Of a stretch of DNA of 58,143 nt, positions 29,298 through 39,925 are shown piece after piece (within the stretch, counting starts at the first letter, position 1; every line of letters begins with the position of its first letter). The stretch is from a bacterium (GTDB taxonomy: Bacteria > Patescibacteriota > Minisyncoccia > UBA6257 > UBA9933). The stretch is taken from the NCBI GenBank assembly GCA_030693235.1, contig JAUYBE010000016.1, forward strand, positions 101,917 through 160,059, read 5' to 3'. A program made the position numbers and the translations under genes. Under the pieces are notes generated by a model. The model worked only from the letters and a program-made list of their open reading frames with translations. It did no database searches and was not told where the DNA came from.

Positions 29298-30434
29298 TTA
29301 GTATGCTATTTCATAAATTATCCCACCGACAAAAATTAAAAGCAAGGCGTAAATAATGAGCGGGTTCATTTTTTGCAGAAAGACGCCGCGCTCTTCGTCT
29401 CCGGACTTGCGCGCCTTTAACCACATTAAAATAATAAAGACGCTCTCTAACCCAATAAAAACTCCTCCTATTAAACCGACTAATTTCAAAAAATTCTGAA
29501 AGCCCAAAAAATATAAAAACAGAGGAGATAAAACAATTATTAATCCGGAAAAAATTTGAGGAAAATTAAAATCATGTTCAAAACTTTTTTTAACATCTCG
29601 GCCGATCACGATATAAGAACTCCATAGAGAAATCAGCCCTAATCCTCCCAATAGTCCCAAAATCGATGGCGGCAGCCGGCCGATTAAGCCGGAAATTGAA
29701 TCCTGAGAAACGGTTTCCGACAAACTCAAAATGCCGAACACAAATATTGAATAAATTAAAGCCGGGGCCAAGCTGCCCAAAATAATCGGAATCTTGGCTT
29801 TCAGTTGCGGCTGATTATTATTTCTGAAATAACCGAGTAAAGCCGGAATAGCTGTCCGGCCGGCCAAAGAAAACAAAACAGCGCCGTACGGCAAAAATAA
29901 ATATTTTAAATCAAAAGAAGATATTGAAACCGCCTGCCCCATGTCGCCGAAACCATAGCCGAAAATTATTAAAATAATTCCTGCGATTCCGAAGGTGATT
30001 AAAAATTCCGCAATCGCCAAACGATTAATTCCCATGAAAACCGCCAAAGAACCGAAAAGCCAAAAAATCAAGATTTTATAAATATCCGGCAAAACGATGT
30101 TCTGGGGAATCAAATTGAAAAAACTGACGGATAAAATCAAATAAACGGTCAAAATAAAAATCATTCCGACGATCGTCGTTAAAATCGCCGACCACTTGCC
30201 CCAGCTGCCGAGATAAATTTCCGCGTAGCCGAAAAAGCGGCGATTTTCTTTGGTCCGTAAAATAATGTCTGCGTACATCAAATGAATTAAAGTAAAAACC
30301 GCGCTGAAAATAATTAAATAAAACAAGCCCGTTAAAACCCCGGCTCTTATAAAAACATAAGGCAAAGCAAAAACGCCCGCGCCAATAATTGTCCCGGCAA
30401 GCAGACTCGCCGGCAAAATAATATTCTTAAACAC
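29298..30434 (-). CDS. Aromatic amino acid (Trp/Tyr)-type permease
   Basis: 'GTIIGAGVFALP' motif; ~11 TM helices. Confidence 0.82.
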   Translation of the reverse strand: MFKNIILPASLLAGTIIGAGVFALPYVFIRAGVLTGLFYLIIFSAVFTLIHLMYADIILRTKENRRFFGYAEIYLGSWGKWSAILTTIVGMIFILTVYLILSVSFFNLIPQNIVLPDIYKILIFWLFGSLAVFMGINRLAIAEFLITFGIAGIILIIFGYGFGDMGQAVSISSFDLKYLFLPYGAVLFSLAGRTAIPALLGYFRNNNQPQLKAKIPIILGSLAPALIYSIFVFGILSLSETVSQDSISGLIGRLPPSILGLLGGLGLISLWSSYIVIGRDVKKSFEHDFNFPQIFSGLIIVLSPLFLYFLGFQNFLKLVGLIGGVFIGLESVFIILMWLKARKSGDEERGVFLQKMNPLIIYALLLIFVGGIIYEIAY

Positions 30435-30445
30435 CTTATAAACTT

Positions 30446-30694
30446 TTAAACTTCGTAAATCTTATATCCTTCTCTGACTTTCTCGTCGACTTTAATGCCG
30501 ACATCCTGTCCTTTTTTGGCGCTCTTTATGCTTTCGTGTTCATATTGCATTGAACCGATAATTTGGGAAAAATCCGTATTGGCGCCTTTAAAATTAACCG
30601 TCTCGCCGACTTTTACTCCGCGATTGAATTTCACAACGGCAACGCCGATATGATCGTAATAATGAATAACTTCGCCGATTGGTTTCTTTTCCAT
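30446..30694 (-). CDS. Small translation-factor beta-barrel-like protein
   Basis: 'IGEVIHYYDHIGVAVV', 'SMQYEH..A.KGQDVGIKV..KVREG'. Confidence 0.7.
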   Translation of the reverse strand: MEKKPIGEVIHYYDHIGVAVVKFNRGVKVGETVNFKGANTDFSQIIGSMQYEHESIKSAKKGQDVGIKVDEKVREGYKIYEV

Positions 30695-30701
30695 AAAATA
30701 A

Positions 30702-31292
30702 TTAGTGATTATTTCGACCTTTTTCTTTCTTGATAATTTCCACGAGTTTGTCCAAAAGTTCTTTTGGACTGGAAGAATAAACAATTTTATCTTTCATTTC
30801 TTCGGCTCGGTGAGATTTTTCAATCAGGGTTTTTAAAATCTCATCGGTTTCCCAATCGCCCACTAAAATGCCTATCGGTTTCTTGTCTTCAAAAGCGATT
30901 GTAAATTCATTAAGCGTTCCCATTCGACCGCAACCGATAACCACGGCATCGGACGACCTCGTCAATATTAAATTACGGCCGGAATATTCAAAACCGGTAT
31001 AAACGATCACATCGTGAAAATCCGTCGGTAATTGGTAGCGCTCAATATGTTCTTTTTCGGTTTTTGCCGGCGAAAAACCGATAACGATTCCGCCTTCTTT
31101 TTTCGCGCCTTTGGCCGCCCAATAAGGAAAACCCGTGGTGGCGCCGTCAACCAAAACCGCGTCATGACGAACAATTTCCCTGCCCAATTCCTCGGCTAAA
31201 TTAAAAGCGTTAATTCCGCAATGGTTGGTCTCGGCCGCCCCGGAAACGCAAATTTTGTATTTATAACTCGTATGACAAATATTGTTATCCAT
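30702..31292 (-). CDS. LOG/SLOG family protein (TIGR00725-like)
   Basis: 'GATTGFP..AAKGA', 'GRNLIL', 'GTLNEF..A...KPIG'. Confidence 0.8.
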   Translation of the reverse strand: MDNNICHTSYKYKICVSGAAETNHCGINAFNLAEELGREIVRHDAVLVDGATTGFPYWAAKGAKKEGGIVIGFSPAKTEKEHIERYQLPTDFHDVIVYTGFEYSGRNLILTRSSDAVVIGCGRMGTLNEFTIAFEDKKPIGILVGDWETDEILKTLIEKSHRAEEMKDKIVYSSSPKELLDKLVEIIKKEKGRNNH

Positions 31293-31300
31293 TTTATTTA

Positions 31301-32707
31301 TTATAGCACATATTCTTCTCCTTTTAAAGGCATTGCCGCGTCAATCGCCAATTCATCTCTAATTTTTCTCGCCAAAAGAACCATTTGGTCTTCTTCCCCT
31401 TGGACAATAAAAACTTTTTTCAAATTCAATCTCATCGGCCTTAACCAATTTAAAAGTTTCGGCTGGTCGGCGTGGGCCGAATAACCGCCGATCGCTTTTA
31501 CTTTACATCTTACCGGAATTTCTTCGCCGAAAATTTTAACGCTGAAAGGTTGTCCTGTTTTTACGCCGTCCAAAATCCGTCTTCCCAAAGAACCTTGCGT
31601 CTGATAACCAATAAATAAAATCGTGTTTTTCGGATCGGACAAATATCGGTATTCATGGTGTAAAATCCGACCGCCTTGCGACATTCCGGAACCGGCAATG
31701 ATTATTTTCGGCGGCAAAACATCATTGATTTCTTTTGATTGCTCGGTTGTCAAAGTCAATCTCAAGCCCGGAAAATCAAAAATCGCGTCGCCTTTTCGCA
31801 GGGTTGAGAGCGCCTCTTGGTCAAAATAATCCGAATCCTGGGAGTATTTCTTATAAGCAGAGGTCAACTTTATCGCCAACGGACTATCAACAAAAATCGG
31901 CGCCTTTGGAATTCGATTATTTTCAACCAATTCATTTAATTCATATAAAAGTTCTTGCGTTCTTTCCATGGCAAAAGCCGGAATCATCAAAACGCCTCCG
32001 GCTTTTATCGTTTCTTCAATCAAATCTTCAAGAATTTCTTTTCTGGCTTCCAAATCCTCATGAATCCGGCCACCATAAGCCGATTCAATCAAAACATAAT
32101 CCGCCTTATCAATGATTTCGGTATCTTTAACCAAAGGCGCCAGGACATTGCCCAAATCGCCGGAAAAAATTATTCGCTTTCCTTCGGCCGAAACCGCGAT
32201 AAAAGCCGAACCCAGAATATGGCCGGCGTCATAAAATTCGATTTCGAATCCACCGGCCGCCAAACCGATTTTAAATTTTTGGTGATACTTAACCGTCTGC
32301 CACAACTCCATTGTCTTATTGACATCGTCCAAACTATAAATCGGCGCTAATTTTTTTTCTTCGGCTTCTTTATTTAAAAGATGTTCTGAATCAATCAAAA
32401 GCTCTTCGCTGAAATCTTTGGTCGGCGCCGTTGAATATATCGAACCGCGAAAACCGGCTTTATAAAGTTGGGGCAATCTACCGATATGGTCAATATGGCT
32501 ATGCGTAATCAAAACCGCGTCAATGGTTTTCGGGTCAAAAGGAAAAGGTTCAAAATTCAAACGCTCGCAATAACCGGAACCCTGATTCAACCCGCAATCA
32601 ATCAAAATTCTTGTTGCCTGCCCTGAGCCCGCCGAAGGGTCGTTTGTCTCCAGTAAATAGTTGGCGCCGGTTACCATTTTGGCGCCACCGTGAAAAGTTA
32701 ATTTCAT
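31301..32707 (-). CDS. MBL-fold beta-CASP ribonuclease
   Basis: THSHIDHIG, AGHILGS, FSGDLG, SGMSQGGRI, SAHADQ. Confidence 0.92.
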   Translation of the reverse strand: MKLTFHGGAKMVTGANYLLETNDPSAGSGQATRILIDCGLNQGSGYCERLNFEPFPFDPKTIDAVLITHSHIDHIGRLPQLYKAGFRGSIYSTAPTKDFSEELLIDSEHLLNKEAEEKKLAPIYSLDDVNKTMELWQTVKYHQKFKIGLAAGGFEIEFYDAGHILGSAFIAVSAEGKRIIFSGDLGNVLAPLVKDTEIIDKADYVLIESAYGGRIHEDLEARKEILEDLIEETIKAGGVLMIPAFAMERTQELLYELNELVENNRIPKAPIFVDSPLAIKLTSAYKKYSQDSDYFDQEALSTLRKGDAIFDFPGLRLTLTTEQSKEINDVLPPKIIIAGSGMSQGGRILHHEYRYLSDPKNTILFIGYQTQGSLGRRILDGVKTGQPFSVKIFGEEIPVRCKVKAIGGYSAHADQPKLLNWLRPMRLNLKKVFIVQGEEDQMVLLARKIRDELAIDAAMPLKGEEYVL

Positions 32708-32765
32708 GCTATAATTGTATAAATTTATAAGCTTCAGCGCAATAAATTTATTTAGAATTATGAGC

Positions 32766-32881
32766 ACCCCGCACATAGTCTGACCACACGCTATCTTAAT
32801 AATCTATCAGTTGAAAGCGAAGCGGCTTCGCCTTACCTCTGTTAAATTACCGTGAACGCATCGCTGGACTATGTGAGGGGT
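32766..32881. ncRNA. Rod-like structured element, possibly a short 6S-like RNA
   Basis: Long terminal stem ACCCC-CACATAGTC/GACTATGTG-GGGGT, internal A/T-rich bubble, apical hairpin. Confidence 0.35.
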
Positions 32882-33022
32882 AAAGGTTTTCTAACTAAAT
32901 TTTCTACGGCTTCGCCTTGAAAATTTAGAGAAAGCCCTTTACAAACTTTGAATTTTATGCTATCTAATAATCAGGACTTTTAAATTATAAAAAAGGGTGA
33001 ATACATAATGAAAGGAGAGTCT

Positions 33023-33244
33023 ATGAAAATCTTGGGAGGGATTTTGATTTGGGTCGGCTTTTTGCTTATATATGGCACAGCAGGGCAAAGTGATTTTGAA
33101 ACATTCCAGGCAATGAAGGGAGTTGATATTATCCCCACTCCACTCACAAAAACTATCGCAACAGTAGCTGTAGGAATATTTCTCTTCTTGGGTGGAATAA
33201 AAGCACTCCTATGGGAAAAAATTTCGGAAAAATCTTACCGCTAA
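33023..33244 (+). CDS. Small two-TM hypothetical protein
   Basis: AAGGAG SD; two hydrophobic helices; alternative start at 33008. Confidence 0.6.
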   Translation: MKILGGILIWVGFLLIYGTAGQSDFETFQAMKGVDIIPTPLTKTIATVAVGIFLFLGGIKALLWEKISEKSYR

Positions 33245-33262
33245 CTATAAAGGAGACGCAAA

Positions 33263-33331
33263 ATGCCCAGCATAGCAAAGTGTGTGTCCTGCGGATACCT
33301 TACCCGCAAGGATGTTGAATGTCCGAACTAG
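33263..33331 (+). pseudogene. Truncated zinc-ribbon peptide MPSIAKCVSCGYLTRKDVECPN*
   Basis: AAGGAG SD; CxxC...CPx ends in a stop where a fourth Cys is expected. Confidence 0.4.
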
Positions 33332-33381
33332 GTGATTCAATCACTCATTTGAGGCCGGGAGTTTAAACAACGGCCTCTTTT

Positions 33382-34719
33382 TTATTTTAATATTTCCTCA
33401 ACAATCCCCTTTTCATTCCACGGAATTTTCTTCCCATTCTCCACACACATCCAAACTTCGCCGCCTTTGCCGGTTAAAACCACGGCATCGCCTTTTTTAG
33501 CCAAAGAAATCGCTTTTTTAATGGCTTCTCTCCTATCTATTATTTTAAAAACATTTCGGATTTCGGATTTCGGATTTCGGATTTGCGAGACGCCGGAAAA
33601 AATATCGTTGATTATATTTTCGGGCGGCTCGTCGTACGGATCTTCATTGGTCAAAATTATTTCATCGCAATAATGAGAAGAAATTTTGCCCATCTCTGGT
33701 CTTTTCCATTTGTCCCGTCCTCCGCCGGCTGAACCAAGCAAACAAATTAGCTTTTTATTTTTTGCTTTAAGCCCTGAGTCGATTACCGCTTTATAAACCG
33801 ATTCCAAACTTTTCGGCTCATGGGCGTAATCAACGACAACGGAAAAATTTTGCCCCATATTAACAACCTCCATCCGGCCGGCTGGCGGCTGAAAAGTCAA
33901 TAAAGATTTCTGAATATGCTCAATCGGAATGTTCTGCGACAAAGCCGCGCAAATGACTGCCGCGGCGTTATAAATATTAAACTCGCCAATAAGCGAAGTT
34001 TTAAAATTATAGCCATTGGCCTTAAATTCCGCTCCATCAGACTTGAATTTGCAATCGGTAATCCGCAATTCGTAATCCAATCGCTCATCGGCAACGGACT
34101 GCTGGCGCTTGCCGACAATCGTATAGCCGTATTTTTTGGCCGCTTTCGGCTTAATAAAATGAATAACGTGTTCATCGTCGAAGTTATAAATTGCCGCGCT
34201 GTTTCGCTTCCGAGATATTTTTTTAAACAATTCCACTTTGGCTTGCCGATAATTTTCAAAACCCTTGTGCCGCTCCAGATGCTCCGGCGAAAGATTTAAA
34301 AAAACCGCCGCGTCATAGTCAATAAACCGGTGGCGATACTGAACAATTCCTTCAGACGAAGTTTCCACCACCGCGTATCGGCAACCCGTCTTCAGCATCC
34401 GCGATAAAAGCCCTTGAAGATAAAATCGTCCGGGCATTGTTTGTTTTAAATCGTTTTTCCATTCCTCGCCGCCGATTTTAAAATTAATCGTCGTGCTCAA
34501 ACCGGTTTTATAGCCAGACGAGTTTAAAATATGGTGGATTAAATTACAGGCCGTGGTTTTTCCTTTGGTACCGGTAACGCCTATAACGATCATTCGGCGA
34601 GAAGGAAAGCCGTAAAACAAAGCAGCGGAAAAAGCCAATAAATAATGATAAGCCGGTTGGAAAAATTCAAAAACCGGCAGGGGAATTAATTTTTCTATTG
34701 TCCGCAACGCTCTTTCCAT
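33382..34719 (-). CDS. murE: UDP-MurNAc-tripeptide synthetase (MurE family)
   Basis: GVTGTKGKTT, ETSS, EHLERH, GRME, VDYAH, NEDP, GKG. Confidence 0.88.
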   Translation of the reverse strand: MERALRTIEKLIPLPVFEFFQPAYHYLLAFSAALFYGFPSRRMIVIGVTGTKGKTTACNLIHHILNSSGYKTGLSTTINFKIGGEEWKNDLKQTMPGRFYLQGLLSRMLKTGCRYAVVETSSEGIVQYRHRFIDYDAAVFLNLSPEHLERHKGFENYRQAKVELFKKISRKRNSAAIYNFDDEHVIHFIKPKAAKKYGYTIVGKRQQSVADERLDYELRITDCKFKSDGAEFKANGYNFKTSLIGEFNIYNAAAVICAALSQNIPIEHIQKSLLTFQPPAGRMEVVNMGQNFSVVVDYAHEPKSLESVYKAVIDSGLKAKNKKLICLLGSAGGGRDKWKRPEMGKISSHYCDEIILTNEDPYDEPPENIINDIFSGVSQIRNPKSEIRNVFKIIDRREAIKKAISLAKKGDAVVLTGKGGEVWMCVENGKKIPWNEKGIVEEILK

Positions 34720-34744
34720 AAAAACATTACTGCCTGCTGGCAGG

Positions 34745-35326
34745 CTATTTGATAATTTTTAAAACCGCTCTCAATCGCTTTTCCAAGCCCGCCAAATTTT
34801 CCGGAAGATTTTTAACCGCTTCTTCAATTTCTTTTTGTTTATAGCCAAGATTTTTAAGAACCGACTCCAAGTCTTTATCAAAATCCAAATCAAGAATTTC
34901 GCCTTTTAAATTAATCTTTTTAAATTTCCCCAATTTGTCTTTTAATTCCAAAACAATCCGTTCGGCTTTTTTCTTGCCGATGCCCCATGATTTTTCCAAT
35001 ATATCAGCTCTGGCGCCGGACACCGCCGCCAAAAATTTTTCAATATTGGAAACGCCGGTGATTTCCAGGGCTGATTTCGGCCCGATGCCGGAAACGGAAT
35101 TTAATAATTCGAAAACTTCCAGATCTTTCTCGCTTAAAAATCCGTAAACATCGACGCCGTCGCGCCTGACAGCCAACGAACAAAAAAGTTTTGTTTTTGA
35201 TTCAATTTTGGGAAGATTTTTTGATGTTTTTTCGGAAATCAAAACTTTCAAGCCAAAACCGCTCGTTTCAATCACGGCAAATTGAGGTTTTTTTATAATC
35301 AGTTTTCCGGAAAGAGAGTAGAGCAT
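34745..35326 (-). CDS. ruvA: Holliday junction branch migration protein RuvA
   Basis: 'VYGF', 'VSGIGPKSA', 'GIGKKKAERIVLELK', 'LKNLGY'. Confidence 0.92.
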   Translation of the reverse strand: MLYSLSGKLIIKKPQFAVIETSGFGLKVLISEKTSKNLPKIESKTKLFCSLAVRRDGVDVYGFLSEKDLEVFELLNSVSGIGPKSALEITGVSNIEKFLAAVSGARADILEKSWGIGKKKAERIVLELKDKLGKFKKINLKGEILDLDFDKDLESVLKNLGYKQKEIEEAVKNLPENLAGLEKRLRAVLKIIK

Positions 35327-35409
35327 AAAAAAATCACCGAATAACAAATTTATTACGAATATACGAATATTTTAATCTATTATGGTTGACAGGGCAAGCA
35401 GCATAGGTA

Positions 35410-35500
35410 GAATGAATAATGAATTGTGAATAATGAATTATGGTTATGAATTTATAATTTTTTCATTCTTAATTCCTAATTCATGCTTCATAATTCAAAT
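35410..35500. repeat. Inverted heptamer arrays (ATGAATA/T)n/(TAATTCA)n upstream of rpsT
   Basis: Periodic repeats following a TTGACA...TAGAAT promoter. Confidence 0.65.
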
Positions 35501-35505
35501 ATCAT

Positions 35506-35760
35506 ATGCCTATCATCAAATCAGCCAAAAAAGCCCTGCGGCAAAATATTTCGCGCCGAAAAAGAAACCTCAAAAAAAAGGCGGAGTTAAAAAAGGTCAT
35601 CAAAGAATACAAAAAATTGATTATTGCCAAAGACAAAGAAAAGGCTAATGAATATCTGTCGCAAGTTTATAAAAAACTGGATAAAGCGGCTAGGGTAAAT
35701 CTCATCAAAAAAAACAAAGCCGCGAGATTAAAATCGGGATTGTCAAAACTAATAAAATAA
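35506..35760 (+). CDS. rpsT: 30S ribosomal protein S20
   Basis: MPIIKSAKKALRQ...LDKAA...KNKAARLKS. Confidence 0.95.
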   Translation: MPIIKSAKKALRQNISRRKRNLKKKAELKKVIKEYKKLIIAKDKEKANEYLSQVYKKLDKAARVNLIKKNKAARLKSGLSKLIK

Positions 35761-35789
35761 AAACTCCGTTGTCGGGAGTTTTTATTTTT
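35758..35789 (+). terminator. Intrinsic terminator
   Basis: AAAAACTCC...GGAGTTTTT. Confidence 0.7.
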
Positions 35790-35802
35790 CTAACTTAAAA
35801 TT

Positions 35803-35840
35803 TTAGTCAACACTCGCACGATCGTCTAATTGTTGACTAA
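35803..35840. repeat. 38-bp CGATCG-core palindrome, site C
   Basis: TTAGTCAACACTCGCA-CGATCG-TCTAATTGTTGACTAA. Confidence 0.75.
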
Positions 35841-35862
35841 TTTTTTTATTTTTATTTCAATT

Positions 35863-37968
35863 TTAATTTACCGCTTTCAGCGACAATCCGATTCTTCCAT
35901 TATCAAGTTTTACTACTTTTGCCCTAACGACATTGCCGATTTTTACGACATCTTCAACTTTTTCAACAAACCCTTCTTTTAATTCCGAAACGTGAATCAT
36001 CCCGTCGTTGCCGCCGCCCAAATCAACAATGGCGCCAAAATCCAAAATCTTAATAACTTCGCCTTCGATAATTTCGCCTATCTGAAATTCGCGAGTAAGC
36101 GATTTAATATAACTAATCGCCAATAGGGCTTTTTCACGGTCGGTCGAAGCCACAAAAACCCGGCCGTCTTCTTCAATATCAATACTGCTGACGCCGGTGT
36201 CGGCGATAATTTTGTTAATTATTTTTCCGCCCGGACCGATGACTTCGCCGATTCTCTCCGGATTAATTTCCACTGTCATAATAATCGGAGCGAAAGAAGA
36301 AACTTGCGGTTTCGGCTTATCAATGGCTTTTTTCATCGCCTCTAAAATTTCCAAGCGGGCTTTTTTAGCCTGAATCAAAACTTCTTTTAATATTTCAGGC
36401 GTAACTCCTTCGATTTTAACGTCCATCTGAACGGCGGCAATACCGTCCTCGGTACCGGCGACTTTGCAATCCATATCGCCGTAATGGTCCTCCGGCCCCT
36501 GAATGTCGGTTAAAATTTTATAATTTTGTTGGTCAACCATAAGTCCCATCGCAATCCCGGCTACGGCTTTTTTAATCGGCACGCCGGCATCCATCAAAGC
36601 CATTGAAGAAGCGCAAACCGTCGCCATTGAAGACGAGCCGTTGGAAGACAAAATTTCGGAAACAATTCTAATGGTGTATGGAAATTCTTCCTGCGACGGA
36701 ATAAGAGATTGAACCGCTTTCCCCGCCAAGGCGCCGTGCCCGATTTCTCTGCGGTTGGTTACGCCCAGACGCTTGACTTCTCCGGTTGAAAAAGGCGGAA
36801 AATTATAATGAAGCATAAATCGCCGCTTAATCGTAGATTCCATCGTCTCCATTAATTGTTCCGCGCCGGGCGCTCCCAAAGTCACAACTGCCAATGCTTG
36901 GGTATTGCCGCGAGCGAAAAGAGCCGAGCCGTGGAGCCGTTTAAACAAGCCGACTTCGGCGTAAAGCGACCTGACCTCGTCCAATTTTCTGGCATCCGGT
37001 CTTTTTTCCGATTCTAAAATATTTTTATGAACAATCCTGTCTATTTCTTCTTCAAATAGATACTCTACTCCGGAAAAATCCGAAACGCCTTCGCTTTTCA
37101 GATATTCAAAAAGGCCGGATTTTAATTCGGCGAGGTTGTCGCTTTGCTCTTTTTTATTTCCAACGTAAATAGCCTGCTCCAATTTGTCCCCCAAAAACCC
37201 GAGAATTTTATTTTTAATTTCCGAGTCTATTTCTTTCAGTAAAATTTTTACTTTCGGTTTGCCGATTTTTTCTTTGATTTCTTTTTGAAATCCAATTAGT
37301 TTTTTGATTTCAATTTGGGCTTTCTCAAAAGCGTCGATAATGTCGTCTTCCTTCGCTTCATTTCCCGCCAATTCAATCATATTTATTTTATCTTCGGTTC
37401 CACTAACAAAAGCTTCAAAAAGAATCTGTTTTTCTCCGCCAGAAGGGGCGGATAATTCAGGGTCTGTCGGATTAATGAGTAAATCTCCGTCTTTGGTTTT
37501 TATCAATCTTAAACCGGCAACCGGACCGGCCCAGGGAATATCGGAAATCAAAAGAGCGGTTGAGGCGGAAAGCAATGAAATAAAATCAGGGTCGTTTTCT
37601 TCGTCATAAGACAAAACCGTAATCACTATCTGGACGTCGCGGCGCATTCGCGAATCAAAAAGCGGCCTCAAGGTTCTGTCAATCATCCGGCCGGACAAAA
37701 CCGCGCCTTCCGAAGGCCTGCCTTCGCGTCTGACAAACCGGCTGCCGAGAATTTTGCCGGCCGCGTAAAAACGCTCTTCATAATCCACGCTCAACGGAAA
37801 ATAATCCGTGATCCTGTCTTCCTTCCCCATCACCGCCGTCACTAAAACCGAAGTGTCGCCAAAAATGCCCAAAACCGCGGCGTTGGCTTGGCCGGCTAAA
37901 TCAGAAACTTCTAATGTTAAGGTTTTGCCATTAATTTCTGTTGTAAATTGTTGTTTGTTTAAATTCAT
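35863..37968 (-). CDS. pnp: Polyribonucleotide nucleotidyltransferase
   Basis: FVRREGRP, RREIGHG, SNGSSSMA, GDMD, KH and S1 domains. Confidence 0.96.
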   Translation of the reverse strand: MNLNKQQFTTEINGKTLTLEVSDLAGQANAAVLGIFGDTSVLVTAVMGKEDRITDYFPLSVDYEERFYAAGKILGSRFVRREGRPSEGAVLSGRMIDRTLRPLFDSRMRRDVQIVITVLSYDEENDPDFISLLSASTALLISDIPWAGPVAGLRLIKTKDGDLLINPTDPELSAPSGGEKQILFEAFVSGTEDKINMIELAGNEAKEDDIIDAFEKAQIEIKKLIGFQKEIKEKIGKPKVKILLKEIDSEIKNKILGFLGDKLEQAIYVGNKKEQSDNLAELKSGLFEYLKSEGVSDFSGVEYLFEEEIDRIVHKNILESEKRPDARKLDEVRSLYAEVGLFKRLHGSALFARGNTQALAVVTLGAPGAEQLMETMESTIKRRFMLHYNFPPFSTGEVKRLGVTNRREIGHGALAGKAVQSLIPSQEEFPYTIRIVSEILSSNGSSSMATVCASSMALMDAGVPIKKAVAGIAMGLMVDQQNYKILTDIQGPEDHYGDMDCKVAGTEDGIAAVQMDVKIEGVTPEILKEVLIQAKKARLEILEAMKKAIDKPKPQVSSFAPIIMTVEINPERIGEVIGPGGKIINKIIADTGVSSIDIEEDGRVFVASTDREKALLAISYIKSLTREFQIGEIIEGEVIKILDFGAIVDLGGGNDGMIHVSELKEGFVEKVEDVVKIGNVVRAKVVKLDNGRIGLSLKAVN

Positions 37969-38468
37969 TTTTTTAGTATCACTCTCGGTATTTTTTCCAA
38001 ATCAATAAAAAAATCCGCCGCTTCTTTGAGTTTGGCCGAAGCGCTGCGGCCAAAAGCCGCCACTTCAACTTCTCTGCCCAAACCCCATTTCAAATATTCC
38101 ACCAAGGGCACGAAATCGCCGTCGCCGGTTACCAGAACAATCGCGTCTAAAAAACTCGACATTCGAATGGCATCAACCGCCATTCCAACGTCCCAATCGG
38201 CTTTTTTTATGCCGCCCGGAAAAATTTGGAGATCTTTAACTCGTAATTCGACTCCGGCCTTGGTCAGAGCTTCAAAAAATGAAGCTTCCGCCGAATCTTC
38301 TCCTTCGCTTTTAACCACGTAACCAAGCGTCCGAATCAGCGGCCGGCCAGCAACCAGTTCCTTGATAAGTTCCCGGTAATTCACCCGAGCGCCATAAAGA
38401 TTCTTGGCCGAATGATAAAGATTTTGAATATCGATAAAAATTCCGATCCGTTGATTTTTGTAAATCAT
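37965..38468 (-). CDS. NYN-domain (LabA/DUF88) protein
   Basis: [24 protein letters not shown]. Confidence 0.9.
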   Translation of the reverse strand: MIYKNQRIGIFIDIQNLYHSAKNLYGARVNYRELIKELVAGRPLIRTLGYVVKSEGEDSAEASFFEALTKAGVELRVKDLQIFPGGIKKADWDVGMAVDAIRMSSFLDAIVLVTGDGDFVPLVEYLKWGLGREVEVAAFGRSASAKLKEAADFFIDLEKIPRVILKK

Positions 38469-38737
38469 ACCTTCTTTTTCAATCCCAACTTCCTCACTAT
38501 CGCCGAATAACTTTTCGGACTATTCTTGCTCAAATAATCTAAAAGTCTTTTCCGCTTGCCAACCATTTTCAATAATCCCCGGCGCGAATGATGGTCTTTC
38601 GGATTCTGCTTCAAGTGCCCGATCAATTCAAGAATTTGCTTCGTTAATAAAGCGACCTGAACCTCGCTTGAACCGCTGTCGCTTTCATGAAGTTGAAATT
38701 CATCAACAGTGTTTCTTTTTTGCCGAGCAGTTAACAT
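38465..38737 (-). CDS. rpsO: 30S ribosomal protein S15
   Basis: [33 protein letters not shown]. Confidence 0.96.
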   Translation of the reverse strand: MLTARQKRNTVDEFQLHESDSGSSEVQVALLTKQILELIGHLKQNPKDHHSRRGLLKMVGKRKRLLDYLSKNSPKSYSAIVRKLGLKKKV

Positions 38738-38820
38738 TGAAATCAGTATAATTTATCTTTGGTTGTGTTGTCAACCTCGTTAAGTTGACAGACGTCGCAA
38801 TCCATATAAACTAATAAAAT

Positions 38821-39915
38821 ATGTTAGCGGTTAATAATAAAAAAACAGACTCGGCCGTCGGCCAACTGATAAAAACCGAACCGGATTTGATTTCCTTTCT
38901 TAAAGAAAATGATTTGATGGAAGCGAAACTTTTAAGAAAAACGCCAAAGGCGGTTTATTTTGATTTGGGAAAATTCGGCACGGGCATTGTTTATGGCGTC
39001 GAACTTTTAAACTCCAAAAACATCGTCAAAAGCTTGAACGCCGGAGAACCGATAACCGCTAAAATAATTGACGTTGAAAACGACGAGGGCTATGTCGAAC
39101 TTTCCCTGGCCGGCGCCCACAAACAAAAAAACTGGCAAGAAATCAAGGAAATCAAAGAGAAAGAAGAAGCGCTAACCGTTAAAATTATCGGCGCCAACAG
39201 CGGCGGTCTGGTCGCCAACGTAAATGAAATCAAGGCCTTCTTGCCGGTTTCCCAATTATCGAGCGAACACTATCCGCGAGTCGATGACGGCGACCGAAGA
39301 AAAATCTTGGAAGAATTAAGAAAGCTTGTCGGCCAAGAAATAAAAGTTAAAATCATTGATTTTAATCCGCGCGCCGATAAATTAATCATTTCCGAAAGGG
39401 GCGTTATGGAACAAAATATTAAAGAACTTTTGAATCAATACAAGGCCGGCGATATTATTAATGGCGTCGTTTCCGGCATCGCCAATTTCGGAGTCTTCGT
39501 TCGTTTTGTCGACCAGCCGGCGATTGAAGGAATGATTCATATTTCCGAAATCGACCATCGCCTGATCGACGCTCCGAAAGAAGCCGTCGAAATCGACGAA
39601 GAAGTCAAAGCGAAAATCATTGAAATAAAAGATGGTCAGGTTTTTCTCTCGCTTAAAGCCCTAAAATCCAACCCGTGGGAAACCGCTGCCGAGAAATTCA
39701 AAGAAGGCCAGGAAGTTGGCGGCGCTGTTTATAAATACAATCCGTTCGGCGTTTATATTAATTTAGAGCATAACCTCCAAGGATTGATTCACGTGGCTGA
39801 ATTCGGCAGTCAGGAAGAAATGAGAAAGAAATTGGAAATCGGCAAAAAACATCATTTTATTATTGAATCAATAAAACCGGAAGAGAAAAGAATTCTTCTG
39901 AAATTGAAAAAATGA
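38821..39915 (+). CDS. rpsA: Four-S1-domain RNA-binding protein (ribosomal protein S1)
   Basis: Repeated S1 motifs (AFLPVSQL, FGVFV..GMIHISE, GLIHVAE). Confidence 0.85.
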   Translation: MLAVNNKKTDSAVGQLIKTEPDLISFLKENDLMEAKLLRKTPKAVYFDLGKFGTGIVYGVELLNSKNIVKSLNAGEPITAKIIDVENDEGYVELSLAGAHKQKNWQEIKEIKEKEEALTVKIIGANSGGLVANVNEIKAFLPVSQLSSEHYPRVDDGDRRKILEELRKLVGQEIKVKIIDFNPRADKLIISERGVMEQNIKELLNQYKAGDIINGVVSGIANFGVFVRFVDQPAIEGMIHISEIDHRLIDAPKEAVEIDEEVKAKIIEIKDGQVFLSLKALKSNPWETAAEKFKEGQEVGGAVYKYNPFGVYINLEHNLQGLIHVAEFGSQEEMRKKLEIGKKHHFIIESIKPEEKRILLKLKK

Positions 39916-39925
39916 TGCCTTTGGC

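Noticed and set aside
35433-35648. 71-aa ORF overlapping rpsT
   Set aside because: It arises from heptamer repeats and an alternative frame of rpsT.
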